From NCBI GenBank assembly GCA_964610335.1, contig CAZSVP010000001.1, forward strand, positions 351,442 to 415,441: DNA of 64,000 nt, read 5' to 3'. The notes under the pieces were generated by a model that was given only the letters and a program-made list of their open reading frames with translations, did not search any database and was not told the DNA's origin. This stretch comes from an uncultured Candidatus Saccharibacteria bacterium. GTDB lineage: Bacteria > Patescibacteriota > Saccharimonadia > CAILAD01 > BJGX01. The position numbers and the translations under genes were made by a program. Shown piece after piece: positions 29,493 to 37,810 of this stretch (within the stretch, counting starts at the first letter, position 1; the number at the start of each line of letters is the position of its first letter).

Positions 29493-30476
29493 ATGAATAA
29501 TACTCACGACAATCTGGTCAAAGTGGCCAGCCAAGAGTTGGACAAAGCAAAAAATCGCAACGAGTTGCTAAACTTGAAGAGCAAGTATATAGGAGCTGAT
29601 AGTGCTGTAGCGCAGGCTGTCAGGAATCTGGCCAAAGCGGAGCCTAGTGAGCGCGCACAGCTTGGCAAAGCACTAAATAATGTCAAAAAACAACTGGAAG
29701 AGATGTTTAAAAAAAGACTGGCTGAGTTGGAACTCAAAACTAGTTTCAGCAGCATTGATGTTAGCGCACCAGGCAGAATAGTAGGCCATACCAAAGCTAG
29801 CTTACACCCAACAACCCAGATGTTAGATGAGACATACCAAGTTTTTACAGAACTGGGGTTTGCAATAGTGGACAGTAATGAGATTGAAACTGATTGGTAT
29901 AACTTTGAAGCACTAAACCTACCACCTGAACACCCAGCTCGAGATATGCAAGATACATTCTACATAGACACTGGCAAGCTAGATATGTTGCCGCGAACTC
30001 ATACTTCAGGTATGCAAGTACGATTTATGGAGAATAACGAACCGCCGTTTAAGATTATTGTACCAGGAAAAGTATTTCGCAACGAAGACGAGGATGCCAC
30101 TCATTCGTGGGAATTTTATCAGGTTGAGGGCTTAGTGGTGGGTGAGGACGTAAGTATGTCTGATCTAAAAGGAACTTTGCGAAGGGTAATGCAACGCCTA
30201 CTTGGAGATGATGCCAAAATACGTTTTAGAGCCAATTACTTCCCATACACTGAACCTTCGGTGGAGTTTGATGGCTGGCATAATGGAAAGTGGTTGGAAC
30301 TAGGAGGAGCTGGCATGGTACACCCGCAAGTATTGCGAAATGGGGGAATAGACCCAGATAAGTATAGGGGTTTTGCTTTTGGGTGGGGGCCAGAGAGATT
30401 TGCAGCAATCAAGTTTGGTTTAACCGATATCCGTCAATTGTGGCGGCCAAATCTGCGTTACTTAAGCCAATTTTAA
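29493..30476 (+). CDS. pheS: phenylalanine--tRNA ligase alpha subunit
   Basis: Class II aaRS motifs and the FRANYFPYTEPSVEFD signature. Confidence 0.95.
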   Translation: MNNTHDNLVKVASQELDKAKNRNELLNLKSKYIGADSAVAQAVRNLAKAEPSERAQLGKALNNVKKQLEEMFKKRLAELELKTSFSSIDVSAPGRIVGHTKASLHPTTQMLDETYQVFTELGFAIVDSNEIETDWYNFEALNLPPEHPARDMQDTFYIDTGKLDMLPRTHTSGMQVRFMENNEPPFKIIVPGKVFRNEDEDATHSWEFYQVEGLVVGEDVSMSDLKGTLRRVMQRLLGDDAKIRFRANYFPYTEPSVEFDGWHNGKWLELGGAGMVHPQVLRNGGIDPDKYRGFAFGWGPERFAAIKFGLTDIRQLWRPNLRYLSQF

Positions 30477-30488
30477 CCTGGAACTATT

Positions 30489-33224
30489 ATGAAAGTAAGT
30501 ATTCAATCGCTCAATCAATATCTTAAGCCAAAGCTTAGTACAACAGAGATAACTGTAGCCATAGAGCGAACAGAAATCGAACTAGAGGAGGTCATAACAG
30601 GTCCAACATGGGATAAGTCAATTGTTGTAGCTCGTGTACTTGAAGTACTCCCACACCCCAATGCTGATCGACTCAAATTGGTACTGGTAAGTGATGGTAA
30701 GAAAACATACACTGTTGTGTGCGGAGCTCCAAATGTAAAAGCTGAAATGACGGTGGCTTTGGCACAGCTAGGATCTGTTATGCCAGATGGAACAAATATA
30801 GAAGCAGCTACTATTCGTGGCGAGAAAAGTAACGGTATGCTTTGTTCGGCAGCTGAGTTAGGTATTAGCGATGGCCATAGTGGAATTATGGAGCTTTCCC
30901 CTGACCTACTCTTAGGACAATCATTGTGCGACATAGAGAATTTTGGCGATATCTTAGACATTAAGACCCACCCAAATCGTTGGGACACTATGTCTTTGGT
31001 CGGTTTGGCGCGGGAAATTGCTGCCAATGCATCTAAACCTGTAAAACTGTTAGAGCCAAAATTACAGCAGGTGAGTTATAGTGACAAGGGGAAGGTTAAA
31101 TTAACAAGCACCGCAGAGTGCAGTCATTTTGTGAGTGCGAAGCTGAGTGTCGATAATTCTGGGAAAAGCCCGCAATGGCTTGTGGATAACTTGGAATCCA
31201 ATGGGCTACGTAGTATTAATCCAGTTGTAGATATATCAAACTACGTAATGCTTGAATATGGTCAGCCAAGCCACAGTTATGATGCCGCAAAACTCAATGG
31301 CCAACTATGTGTACGTAGGGCCAAAAAAGCTGAATCACTTCCCTGCTTGGATGGAAAAACTAGGCAGCTTACTGAAGACGACATAGTGATAGCTGATAAT
31401 GCGTCGGTAGTGGGTATTGCAGGTGTAATGGGAGGTGCAACAACCGAAACAAAACCGAACACTAGCGAAATTGTTATGGAGGTAGCGGTATTTGATAAAA
31501 CACTGGTGCGCAAGACAGCACAACGTCATGGTATTCGTACTGAAGCAAGTGCACGATTTGAGCGAGGTTTACCACTCCCCTTGCAGACGCTAGCTTTCGA
31601 GCGCTTAGTTTATTTGTTGCAAGAAATATGCGCAGCCAAATTTGTCGATGGGCCATTTGACCAATTGTATGCTTGGCCATGGATACAATATGTCGGCTTG
31701 AGACTGAGATATGCTGAGAGTGTGTTGGGTATGGATCTTGATGAGAAGATCGTGATCGATGGTTTGCGAAGGCGTGGATTTGAGGTCGAACACTTTTCAC
31801 TCAGTAGTGAAGCTAAGGAGCATATAGGTAAGCCGTACAAGTATGGCGCTAGTTTTCGGATTGATGGTGAGGCTGCATTTGACTGTTCGTATTTGACGGA
31901 ACGCATATATTGCAAGATAGGGATACAGATCGGGCATACGGCTGCGCAACAGTACAAGAACGGGTCAGAAATCGATGATTCAAATCTAAAACCTGGTGAT
32001 TTATTGTTTGTGAAGGGTGGTATTAAAGACACCAAGCTTGCCAAAGCTCGCAACAATATTGGGCATGTTGGCATGTATATGGGCGGCAACAAAGTTCTTG
32101 AAGCAAAACAATCAGTTGGAAAGGTGGCCTTCACTACCCTTTCTGAGTTTCAGAAGCGAAAAGGCTACATAGGTGCACGACGGTTTGTTCCCAGCTTTAA
32201 TCATATCCTTGCTGTGGTGGTGCCATGGTGGCGCGCAGATATAGTGCTTGAAGAAGATCTAATAGAAGAGGCTGCCAAAATTGTAGGTTACGATAGTATG
32301 CCCGACACACTATCACTGTTGCCACCCACACCCACTGGCGATCATCAACAACTTCTGCGACTACTAGAGCTAAAGAAACAGTTGGTAGCAATCGGAGCCC
32401 AGGAAGTTGCTACTTACTCATTTGTGAGCGTTGATGCACTGAAACTGGTTGGTGGAGATGTGGTGAATGCTATAGAAATTGTCAATCCACTGCAAAAAGA
32501 GCAGGCGCTAATAAGGACAGAAACCCTACCAAGCCATTTGCAGGTGGTGCGCAATAACCAAAGTGATATGGACCAAAGCATCTTTTTTGAGATTACCAAA
32601 CTTCAAACTTGGTCCAAAAAACCTTCAATTGTAGACGAACAGTGGTACTTGGCTATAACCGCTATGGGTGAACAAAGCTATGCTCAGGTGAAGGCAGTGG
32701 TAGATTCGTTGGAATCATTTTGGGGGATGGAGTTTCTGGTAAGCCGTTGTAGCATACCTACACTGATTGAGGGTCGGCAGGCTAGTTTGGGCGTAGATGG
32801 CAAACCAGTAGGGACTATTGGGCAGATCCACCCCACTGTGCTCACGGAATTTGGTATCAAAAGAGAAGTATCACATGCGCAGGTATGCCTGAGTAAGATG
32901 CTTGAGACTGAGATATTGAAAACAGTGCAACCACTTCCCTCTTATCCTTTGATTGTGCGATCATTGACTGTTGAATGCAATGAAGCTTGTTTGTGGCAGC
33001 CAATCCAAAAATCCTTACAAAAGCATGATTTTGTTGTTTCGGCTGAGTATGTTGGCGAATACCAAGACGAACAACTAGCCAAACAATCAACCAAGCGTAT
33101 CAGCATGAAGCTATTGATGGACTTGGGTGACAAGGCAGAACAAGTTGCTATAGACCAAGCACTGTCCAAAGCAATTGATGGATTGCGTAAGCTCACTGGT
33201 ATGTCTGATTTGAAAATTTGCTAG
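30489..33224 (+). CDS. pheT: phenylalanine--tRNA ligase beta subunit carrying an internal NlpC/P60-like domain insertion
   Basis: tRNA-binding OB domain, B3/4, B5, the PWWRADI...EEDLIEEAAKIVGYD block and an FDX-like C-terminus. Between the B5 domain and the PWWRADI block (about nt 31800-32190) there is an extra segment with NlpC/P60 Cys-His signatures (FDCSYLTERIY ... NIGHVGMYMGGNKVLEA). Confidence 0.85.
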   Translation: MKVSIQSLNQYLKPKLSTTEITVAIERTEIELEEVITGPTWDKSIVVARVLEVLPHPNADRLKLVLVSDGKKTYTVVCGAPNVKAEMTVALAQLGSVMPDGTNIEAATIRGEKSNGMLCSAAELGISDGHSGIMELSPDLLLGQSLCDIENFGDILDIKTHPNRWDTMSLVGLAREIAANASKPVKLLEPKLQQVSYSDKGKVKLTSTAECSHFVSAKLSVDNSGKSPQWLVDNLESNGLRSINPVVDISNYVMLEYGQPSHSYDAAKLNGQLCVRRAKKAESLPCLDGKTRQLTEDDIVIADNASVVGIAGVMGGATTETKPNTSEIVMEVAVFDKTLVRKTAQRHGIRTEASARFERGLPLPLQTLAFERLVYLLQEICAAKFVDGPFDQLYAWPWIQYVGLRLRYAESVLGMDLDEKIVIDGLRRRGFEVEHFSLSSEAKEHIGKPYKYGASFRIDGEAAFDCSYLTERIYCKIGIQIGHTAAQQYKNGSEIDDSNLKPGDLLFVKGGIKDTKLAKARNNIGHVGMYMGGNKVLEAKQSVGKVAFTTLSEFQKRKGYIGARRFVPSFNHILAVVVPWWRADIVLEEDLIEEAAKIVGYDSMPDTLSLLPPTPTGDHQQLLRLLELKKQLVAIGAQEVATYSFVSVDALKLVGGDVVNAIEIVNPLQKEQALIRTETLPSHLQVVRNNQSDMDQSIFFEITKLQTWSKKPSIVDEQWYLAITAMGEQSYAQVKAVVDSLESFWGMEFLVSRCSIPTLIEGRQASLGVDGKPVGTIGQIHPTVLTEFGIKREVSHAQVCLSKMLETEILKTVQPLPSYPLIVRSLTVECNEACLWQPIQKSLQKHDFVVSAEYVGEYQDEQLAKQSTKRISMKLLMDLGDKAEQVAIDQALSKAIDGLRKLTGMSDLKIC

Positions 33225-33261
33225 CATAGCTTAAGCCCAAGCAGTATAATAAGTTTATCTT

Positions 33262-34749
33262 ATGACGGAGTCGACTAAATATAAACATTTTTTGAGTTTG
33301 CCCAAAGGACTGAGTAAATCTGGCCAAAAACCAAATGCTTATGCCCGTATTGGGTTTGTGTTGGTTGGTATAGTTTTGGCTGTGTTAAGCCTAAATACTT
33401 TGGTTGCAGCAGTGACAGAGGGGGTGATATATCCGGGGGTTAGTGTGGCCGGCACCGACCTGAGCTTCAAAACTCGAGCTCAGGCATTGGAAATCCTACG
33501 TCAGAAGAGTGGTAGTCGCAGTGTAACCGTCAAGATCGGACAAGACAAAAGTATCACGGCCGGCAATAATGATTTTGGGGCAAGTTACGACCCTATTGAG
33601 ACGGTAGAGGTTGCCTATAGCGTTGGTCGAAACAGCCCTATAGCGTTACTAGGAATGTTGGATGCTCAGAAGAGAGGCACTCTAGGATTGGCATACCGCT
33701 TTGATCAAGCTCAACTTAAGAAGTTTGCTGCTGAGGCGGTAGGTAGCAATGGCAAAGATCCGGTCAATGCGACCATTGCAATTACTGATGGGGTGGCGGC
33801 AGTAGTTGATGATCAGCCAGGCGTACAGCTCGACCCCAATAAGTTGGCAGCGGTTCTTACTCAGGCAATGAGTGATGGTCAAGATACTGTGGTAAGCATT
33901 GAGCCAAGCCCTGTAGCTGCCCCTATCCAGAGGCAACAGGCGGCAGCAGTGTTAGGTAAAGTCGAAGACTTACTGAATCGTTCTATAACACTCAATTATC
34001 AAGGCAAGGTGTTTAGCCCAAGTAAAGTCGATATTGGGCACTGGCTGATATTTCAACCAGTTGTGGACGGAGGAAACAAAGAGTTACGTGTAGAGATTTC
34101 TCGAGCCCAGATACAAGGCTATCTACAATCAGTTGCCAATCAGGTAGATGTAGCTCCCACGAATCGCAAAGTGACAGTACTTAACGGTCAAGAGTCTGAA
34201 ACTCAGCCCGGCAAGGACGGCTCGGCAATCAATCAGCAATCAGCCACTGATGCTATTTATACCGCTATGTCAAACAATCAAAACACCACAGTTGCCTTGA
34301 CGAGTGGCCCAATTCCATTCAAAACTGAGTACAAACGTGTTGGTGGTGCAATCGGTGGCTTGGACGCGGCACAGTATATCGAGATCAACTTGAGCACGCA
34401 GCAGCTGTTTGCATGGCAAAATGGGCAAGTCGTGTTTACGTCTCCTGTGGTGACTGGCAAAGACTCTGCGCCCACGGTCACCGGTGTGTTTGCTATCTAT
34501 GCCAAAGAGCGCAATCGCTATCTCAATGGTGCTCCATATGGGTATGATTACAATGTATTTGTAAGCTATTGGATGCCGTTCGTGGGAGGCTATGGCTTAC
34601 ATGATGCTACCTGGCGACCACCTTCTTGGTTTGGCACACAGGCATTTCACTACAATGGGAGCCATGGCTGTGTAAATATGCTGACTGGTGCTGCGGCATT
34701 CATATGGAGTTGGGCTCCGGTTGGCACACCAGTATGGGTTCATAACTAG
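33262..34749 (+). CDS. L,D-transpeptidase (YkuD domain) with an N-terminal membrane anchor
   Basis: C-terminal YkuD catalytic motif (YNGSHGCVNM), an N-terminal TM helix, and a middle peptidoglycan-binding-like region. Confidence 0.8.
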   Translation: MTESTKYKHFLSLPKGLSKSGQKPNAYARIGFVLVGIVLAVLSLNTLVAAVTEGVIYPGVSVAGTDLSFKTRAQALEILRQKSGSRSVTVKIGQDKSITAGNNDFGASYDPIETVEVAYSVGRNSPIALLGMLDAQKRGTLGLAYRFDQAQLKKFAAEAVGSNGKDPVNATIAITDGVAAVVDDQPGVQLDPNKLAAVLTQAMSDGQDTVVSIEPSPVAAPIQRQQAAAVLGKVEDLLNRSITLNYQGKVFSPSKVDIGHWLIFQPVVDGGNKELRVEISRAQIQGYLQSVANQVDVAPTNRKVTVLNGQESETQPGKDGSAINQQSATDAIYTAMSNNQNTTVALTSGPIPFKTEYKRVGGAIGGLDAAQYIEINLSTQQLFAWQNGQVVFTSPVVTGKDSAPTVTGVFAIYAKERNRYLNGAPYGYDYNVFVSYWMPFVGGYGLHDATWRPPSWFGTQAFHYNGSHGCVNMLTGAAAFIWSWAPVGTPVWVHN

Positions 34750-34751
34750 AT

Positions 34752-34780
34752 TTTTACGCATTCAGCATAACTGGTATAAT
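34752..34780 (+). promoter_or_regulatory. promoter with an extended -10 upstream of the 34.8-57 kb surface/ATPase block
   Basis: TTTTAC, a 17-nt spacer, TGgTATAAT, and an AGGAG RBS 7 nt before the ATG at 34801. Confidence 0.45.
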
Positions 34781-34800
34781 AGTAGATTAGGAGTATTCAG

Positions 34801-35238
34801 ATGCCCCCAGTAACGCCTGCTGAAAAAAAACCAAATCAACCACCTGTAGAAAGGCAGCCAGCAGCGCTTCCTACTGAACAGTTGCCCAAAACAGAGCAGC
34901 AGCCTTCTGGTGCAGAACAGGCACCAGCTGCCGCCGAGCAACCGCAGAGCGCACCGGCTGCACCAGTCCAACAGCCTGCCCAGATAGCACAGCCAGTCCA
35001 ACAGCCTGTGTCGCTGCAAACACCGCCGGACGATCCAGTGGCTGCTGTGATTCAACAAAAGACCGCCAATCTTACTGCCGATGATGTCGACTTGATTGAG
35101 AAAGAATGGGTTGATGTAGTTGATGATACCATTGAGAAAACCAAGGACGATCCAGAAATTGAAGAACGTGCTCAACAGGAGCTCAACAAGGCATACCTCA
35201 AAAAGCGCTTTAATCTAGATGTGGACTCAAGTGAATGA
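34801..35238 (+). CDS. Pro/Gln/Ala-rich acidic protein (hypothetical)
   Basis: 145 aa. PAxxQP-type low-complexity N-terminus and an acidic C-terminus. Overlaps the start of the downstream ATPase by 4 nt. Confidence 0.5.
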   Translation: MPPVTPAEKKPNQPPVERQPAALPTEQLPKTEQQPSGAEQAPAAAEQPQSAPAAPVQQPAQIAQPVQQPVSLQTPPDDPVAAVIQQKTANLTADDVDLIEKEWVDVVDDTIEKTKDDPEIEERAQQELNKAYLKKRFNLDVDSSE

Positions 35239-37739
35239 ATGATTTTGTGATATTTATGAGCATATTGTTCGCGTTGTTCGTGATAGCAGTTATATTTGTG
35301 GCGTTTTTTATATATCGCAAGATAGTGCGACGCAGTAAGCAGGTTGAGCGCTCACTCAAATTCGTACCGCTTCTTATCAAACTACCCCCGCAAGAAGTCA
35401 ATGAAGCCCAGAATCGTGATGAACGCGAGATGATGAAAGAAAATATTTCCAAGGCTGAGCAAGTTTTCAATTTGCTATCTGGAATAGTAAGTGAGAAAGC
35501 TGAGGTTTACGGTCGTCGCTACATTAGTTTTGAAATTATCGCTGAGGCTAAGAGGATATATTTCTATGTCTCTGTGCCGGCTAGTCTGATTTCAACTGTA
35601 TCGAAGGCTTTGGCTGCCGGTTATCCAGGTGTCCAAGTGATCCGTAAGGAAGAAATCAACTTATTTTCACAGGTTAGCAAGATTGCTGGTGTAGCAGGTG
35701 GTGAGCTCAAGCTGGCCAAAGATAGCATCATGCCGATCAATACTTACAAAAACGCCGAACGTGACGCGATGTCTGGTATGTTGGCGGGTTTGTCGAACCT
35801 TTCTGAGGGTGATGCTGCAGCTATTCAGATGTTGGTCCGTCCTGCCCCCTATCGCTGGGTAAAACGAGCCCACAGGCGTGCCAAATACTACTATACAAAC
35901 AAGAAGACTGGCTTTGCCCCCAAGGCCATGGACTTTGCTGGCGAAGCAATTCGCTCACCGCTTGGTACCAAAGATACTGAACAGAAAGATTACGTACCAA
36001 ACGAGCTAGACAAGAAGAAGGCTGAACTAGTAGAAGAGAAGGTAAAAGTACCTGCTTTTGAAACCACCATACGACTAGTTGCGAGTTCAGACGACCCATC
36101 ACGATCCAAACTAATTTTGCAAGATATGCTGCTGGGGTTTGCTCAGCTAGCCCAAAACGATGCCAACCGGTTTAAATTTGTCAAAGCTGATTCACCACAG
36201 GAGCTTGCGACCAACTTTATTTTTCGGTTTTTCAAGGAGAATACCTTCTTTGCTCATCAGATGATACTTAACTCCACTGAGTTGGCAACAATATTTCATC
36301 TACCAAGCGAACTACTCGACTTGGCTACGCCGATTGAGCGCAAGGGTAGCAAGGAGGTTCCTGCACCGACTGGGATGCCAGCTGCTGGGCTGTTGTTGGG
36401 AACCAATGTCTATCGGGCTACCCAAACGCCTATATATTTGAGTGAAAACGACCGTCGACGACACCTGTACTTCATTGGTCAAACTGGTACAGGTAAATCA
36501 ACCTTCTTGGAGAACTTGATGCTGCAAGATGCCATAGCCGGTCGAGGCTTTGCATTTATCGACCCGCATGGCGACACTGCTGAAAAGATGCTTGGCATGA
36601 TACCACCCGAACGTGCCGAGGATGTAATTTACTTTAGTCCAGGTGACACCGAGGTACCGCTTGGGTTCAATATGATGGAATACGACCCAGATAAGCCAGA
36701 GCAAAAAGACTTCTTGATCCAAGAAGCTATTCAGATGCTTTACAAACTCTATGATCCTCAGCATCAGGGTATCATCGGTCCACGCTATGAACACTGGTTT
36801 CGTAACGCTGCATTGACTGTTATGGCTGATCCCGAGGGTGGTACTTTTATAGAAATACCCAAGGTGTTTACTGACGATGAATATCTCAAGAAGAAGTTCC
36901 GATTTGTGACAGACCCAACCGTCCAAGACTTTTGGACTGGCGAGATGGCACAGACCGATGCCCATAGCAAGAGTGAGATGCTTGGCTGGTTTGTGAGTAA
37001 GTTTGGTGCTTTTGCCAACAACGAGATTATGCGTAACATCATTGGTCAGAAGCACTCGGCATTTAAGTTTCGCGATGTGATGGATAGTAACAAGATCTTG
37101 CTTGTGAACCTCAGTAAGGGTTTGCTTGGTGATCTCAATGCCAAGTTGCTTGGTATGATCATGGTGATTAAGTTCCAGATGGCAGCTATGAGCCGAGCTG
37201 ATACGCCAGAAGAAGAGCGACCAGATTTCAGTGTATATGTCGATGAGTTTCAAAACTTCAGTACTGATAGCTTTGCTACTATTCTTTCTGAGGCCCGCAA
37301 ATACCATCTCAACTTGATTGTTGCCAATCAGTTTATCTCTCAGCTCGACGAACAAGTAAGAGATGCCGTGTTTGGCAATGTTGGCTCTCTAATATCATTT
37401 AGAGTTGGTGCCGACGATGCTGAGTATATGGAGAAGCAATTCCAGCCCCAGTTTGATAAACACGATCTCATAAATATACCCAACTTCAAGGTTGTGTCTA
37501 AGATCATGGCCAACAATGTACCGACCACACCGTTCTCGATGGACTGTCTACCTGCGATAGGTACACCCAATGCTGAGATTTTGCAGGCTATGAAAGACTT
37601 GTCACGTAGTAAGTATGGGCGTCCTAAGAGCGAGGTAGCGGCTGAGATTATTCATAGTCTCGACTCTGGTAGCTATGGTGATCCTCAGGTGGGTCAAACA
37701 GTTTCTACTGGTATGGGACGAGACAATTCACATAACTAG
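35235..37739 (+). CDS. type IV secretion-type P-loop ATPase (VirB4/VirD4/TraG superfamily) with an N-terminal TM anchor
   Basis: N-terminal TM helix. Walker A FIGQTGTGKST followed by IDPHGD. Walker B VYVDEFQNF. C-terminal ANQFISQL...FRVGADDAEY block typical of conjugative coupling/VirB4 ATPases. Confidence 0.7.
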   Translation: MNDFVIFMSILFALFVIAVIFVAFFIYRKIVRRSKQVERSLKFVPLLIKLPPQEVNEAQNRDEREMMKENISKAEQVFNLLSGIVSEKAEVYGRRYISFEIIAEAKRIYFYVSVPASLISTVSKALAAGYPGVQVIRKEEINLFSQVSKIAGVAGGELKLAKDSIMPINTYKNAERDAMSGMLAGLSNLSEGDAAAIQMLVRPAPYRWVKRAHRRAKYYYTNKKTGFAPKAMDFAGEAIRSPLGTKDTEQKDYVPNELDKKKAELVEEKVKVPAFETTIRLVASSDDPSRSKLILQDMLLGFAQLAQNDANRFKFVKADSPQELATNFIFRFFKENTFFAHQMILNSTELATIFHLPSELLDLATPIERKGSKEVPAPTGMPAAGLLLGTNVYRATQTPIYLSENDRRRHLYFIGQTGTGKSTFLENLMLQDAIAGRGFAFIDPHGDTAEKMLGMIPPERAEDVIYFSPGDTEVPLGFNMMEYDPDKPEQKDFLIQEAIQMLYKLYDPQHQGIIGPRYEHWFRNAALTVMADPEGGTFIEIPKVFTDDEYLKKKFRFVTDPTVQDFWTGEMAQTDAHSKSEMLGWFVSKFGAFANNEIMRNIIGQKHSAFKFRDVMDSNKILLVNLSKGLLGDLNAKLLGMIMVIKFQMAAMSRADTPEEERPDFSVYVDEFQNFSTDSFATILSEARKYHLNLIVANQFISQLDEQVRDAVFGNVGSLISFRVGADDAEYMEKQFQPQFDKHDLINIPNFKVVSKIMANNVPTTPFSMDCLPAIGTPNAEILQAMKDLSRSKYGRPKSEVAAEIIHSLDSGSYGDPQVGQTVSTGMGRDNSHN

Positions 37740-37810
37740 AGTAGATGCTACTTGCAACAGAGTAGTGATTCGTACTACAATCGATAGCAAATGATAATGA
37801 GGGTACCAAC

